Assembly: GCA_965655095.1 (NCBI GenBank)
Contig: OZ296652.1
Span: forward strand, 64,480,001-64,544,000
Source: Haplodiscus bocki
Taxonomy: Eukaryota
DNA: 64,000 bases
Direction: 5' to 3'
The notes under the pieces are model-generated. The model had not been told where the DNA came from. It did not search any database and was given only the letters and a program-made list of their open reading frames with translations. Shown in pieces: positions 61,258 to 64,000 of the stretch. Numbering within the stretch: position 1 is the stretch's first letter; each line of letters begins with the position of its first letter. The translations under genes and the position numbers were made by a program.

Positions 61258-64000
61258 ATGGAACAAATTATCAAAAAAAATGAATTGTTGGAACACAGAA
61301 CAGATGTGTTTAATATTAAATTAGATAACACCACAAACCAGAAACAGCTCGATGTTTTAAACGATTCCAAAAACGAGTTAAACACCAGACTTCAAAAGAA
61401 AATATTTGAATTAAACAACGTTAACCAGAGAATTCGAGCTTTTGAACAATATGGTGAAACAAATCCGTTTGATTTTAATGATATTAAACGAGATGACGAG
61501 ATTGTTTTGAAAGAACTTCTAGATATTGCAGAACACAACGTGGTTTTTTTCGAAAATGATTCAATTCATGAGGTTTTTAAAAATATTAAAGATGCATGCC
61601 CATTCATATTAAAAGGTGAAATTAGAATAAACGACAATGACCCTAGCACGATTTTTGCTTTTTTTATAGACGGTGAGCAACTTGATAAAAGAATCGAGAA
61701 GATAAACGATAAATATGACGAAACCCTGAACATTACTTTTACAGGAGAATTAATCAGATAAACCAAAACATTCAAAAAAATACAGCGAAGTAATTATGGA
61801 ACCAGTTGTGATAGTTTTAAGAAAATCGTAGAACATCGAGGTAATGTTTGTTATATACCTGAGGGAAACGAAAGTTTCAGAAAATGTTTGGAATATATAT
61901 ACAAAGAAATCTTCTCTCAACAATATCGTGAGTTTATTAAAGAATCGCAAAGAAACAAGAATAAAATGACATCCGCTAAAATACAACCCTTCTGTAAAAA
62001 ACACAATATCAACCTCGGTGTCTACAACCCAAAACAACAAGAAACTCTACCTACATCGGTTACTGAACGAAGAATTTGTCTATTTATCCATAAAAAGCAA
62101 TTTTGTGTGATATGGAAATTGGAGAAAACAAAATTCACGGATGCGATCAAAGAATTAGAAAAGAATTCCGAACACCAACCCAACTATATTAACGATAACA
62201 TTTTACTACAAATTGTTGAATGTAAAATCCCTATATCTAAAGAAAAAGATTGTTTGTTTGCGGTGTTTTCTTTTGATCTCAAAATTGTTAACGTGCCTTA
62301 TCAAGAATTTTGTGAAACATATGCAGCAGGTTGTTGTCATCTAGATCGTTTAAAAGAATGTTACAACGGTGATTTGACAGAAGAAGAAATAGAAAACGAA
62401 AGACAGCATGTTCATATATTTGATCGCGCTAACAATAACCCTGTTCTAGATATGATTAAGTATATCACCACAAACTATAAAGGTGAGCCAAAATATTTCA
62501 AAGATAAAAACGGTGAGTTCAAAAAATCTTCCTATGGATATCAAAAAATCGGTCACAATGCTAGTGGTTTTGATAAAGATATTGTTTTGAATTCGCTACC
62601 GAAAGAATATACAGACAAAGACATGGAAATCATAAAAACATCTCGATGATTTTTAAAACTAAGCTTTAGAGTTGGAGTTGTTTATGAAGATGATAAAGAA
62701 ATACCGCAATACATGAAATTTGTCTGTTCAAAAGTACTTATCTCTGGATCCTCAAGGAAAAATTAAAAAAAGAATACAATATCCGACCACAACTAATTAA
62801 AGGTGAAATCGACCATAATCTAATAAATTTATCGAATTACAAAGAACAAGAAAATTTATGGAAACCAGATCTCAAAGACGATGTATTGGGACTAGCAGCA
62901 GTAGTAGCAAAACACGGTAACAAAATTCAAAAAATAACAGCTGTTTCGTTCAGAAATTCGTTAACAGAATATTCTTTAGCATGGTCCACTTTGGAAAAAT
63001 ACATGAAACAATCAGGAAAAACGTTCTATTCACCAAAAGAAAATATGTTCGAGATTTCATTCATAAAAGCGTACAGGTTGGTAGGGTTGTTGCTTTGAAT
63101 CTTAAATTTGTATCAACCTCATTCAATCAAGTATTTAACATTCTCAAAAAATACTTTGGTGAAGAACATGAAATATCAACATTATTTGAAAAATACTTCC
63201 GCAAAGTAGATAAAGTCAAAAAACATTATGCGAAAAAATATGAAAACAAATTCGATGATTATAGGAAAATAAACAAACGACATTTCGAAAACTATATCAA
63301 GAAAAAACTATCTAGCCTACCAATTTTCAAAGAATTAAACAAAATCGATAAATCGGACCTCTTAGTTAATAGTGATCATATTAGTTTATATCCTTCAGCA
63401 ATGGCTCATGAAAAATCAAACTGGCCCGCGATGGAAACAGCAAAAGCAATAAGTCCGGAGGATAGTGAAGTATATTGTAAATTGCTTAACACCGGCGAAT
63501 GGGCTTCTTTGAATAAAACAAGATTCTTTAAAGTTAAATGTCACAACCCCGAGAACTTGATTCTGCAGCATATGGCTGCTAAACAAGACGTCTATGATGA
63601 AATTAAACATAAATGTGAATGTATTCACCGATTTAGAAATGGAGACATAACCACACATCTAACCAGCGTTGATATTGAAGAAGTTGTAAGGATTGGCGGT
63701 GTTATTAAAAACTATTACGAGGGCTTTATCTGTGATAATCTCGATTACAATCCGTTCAAAGAGTATATTTTTGATATGACAGCAAAGGAAACGAATATAA
63801 AAAACAGGGTAAAAACATCTTACAAGATATGTTTAAAAAAATATCCAACGGTACGTATGGTGATTGTAATAGATGTGATATTCATGAAGTTTTAAAATGT
63901 GTATCGGAAAACTGTATGAAAACAGAATACGATGATAGAGTTAAAGAATATACCCTTCCAAAAAACGGAATCTATTTAGTAAACGTGAAACATCATGATG
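61258..64000 (+). pseudogene. Protein-primed PolB, right arm of element C, truncated by the window
   Basis: HNASGFD (~62553) and SLYPSAM (~63383). Mirror of the left-arm polymerase with partly independent frameshifts. Confidence 0.9.

Larger units (their letters stand above)
48580..64000. mobile_element. Giant palindromic pPolB-encoding Polinton-related element C (centre ~57285; right arm truncated by the window)
   Basis: Mirror-image gene pairs: 52815-53318(-)/61258-61761(+), 53836(+)/60741(-), 55937(-)/58626(+). Position 64000 corresponds to ~50576. No capsid, ATPase or integrase was recognised in the complete left arm. Confidence 0.85.

Noticed and set aside
48580-64000. Palindrome as a chimeric-read or assembly artefact
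   Set aside because: The arms differ by many substitutions and private frameshifts and the centre is asymmetric and structured. Read-level confirmation is still needed.

Overview
AT-rich eukaryotic, probably animal, genomic DNA with a 200-N assembly gap at 24566-24765. The host part (~2-30 kb) is repeat-rich. It holds six phase-compatible minus-strand exons of a coiled-coil gene resembling centriolin, an intronic 2.4-kb fold-back element and a probable solo LTR. The rest is dominated by three Polinton/Maverick-related endogenous elements. (A) The end of one element at 1-~1.9 kb. (B) A complete but pseudogenised ~16.7-kb polintovirus at 30780-47439, with ~570-bp TIRs, protease, two minor capsid genes, packaging ATPase, PZ-like gene, major capsid, rve integrase and protein-primed PolB. 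(C) A giant palindromic element without capsid or integrase genes, centred near 57285. Each of its arms (~8.7 kb; the right arm runs off the window) carries a pPolB and zinc-finger genes, and its centre has 11-bp-periodic AG(G/T)TCA hexamers around small hairpins. The strongest candidate for something undescribed is a ~255-nt non-coding element shared by all three elements (1620-1875, 31303-31555, 48676-48932). It has a Pol III A-box, a terminal T-run, GNRA-capped hairpins and compensatory base changes, so it may be a VA-RNA-like structured RNA of polintoviruses. All protein family calls come from motifs recognised by eye; no database searches were run.
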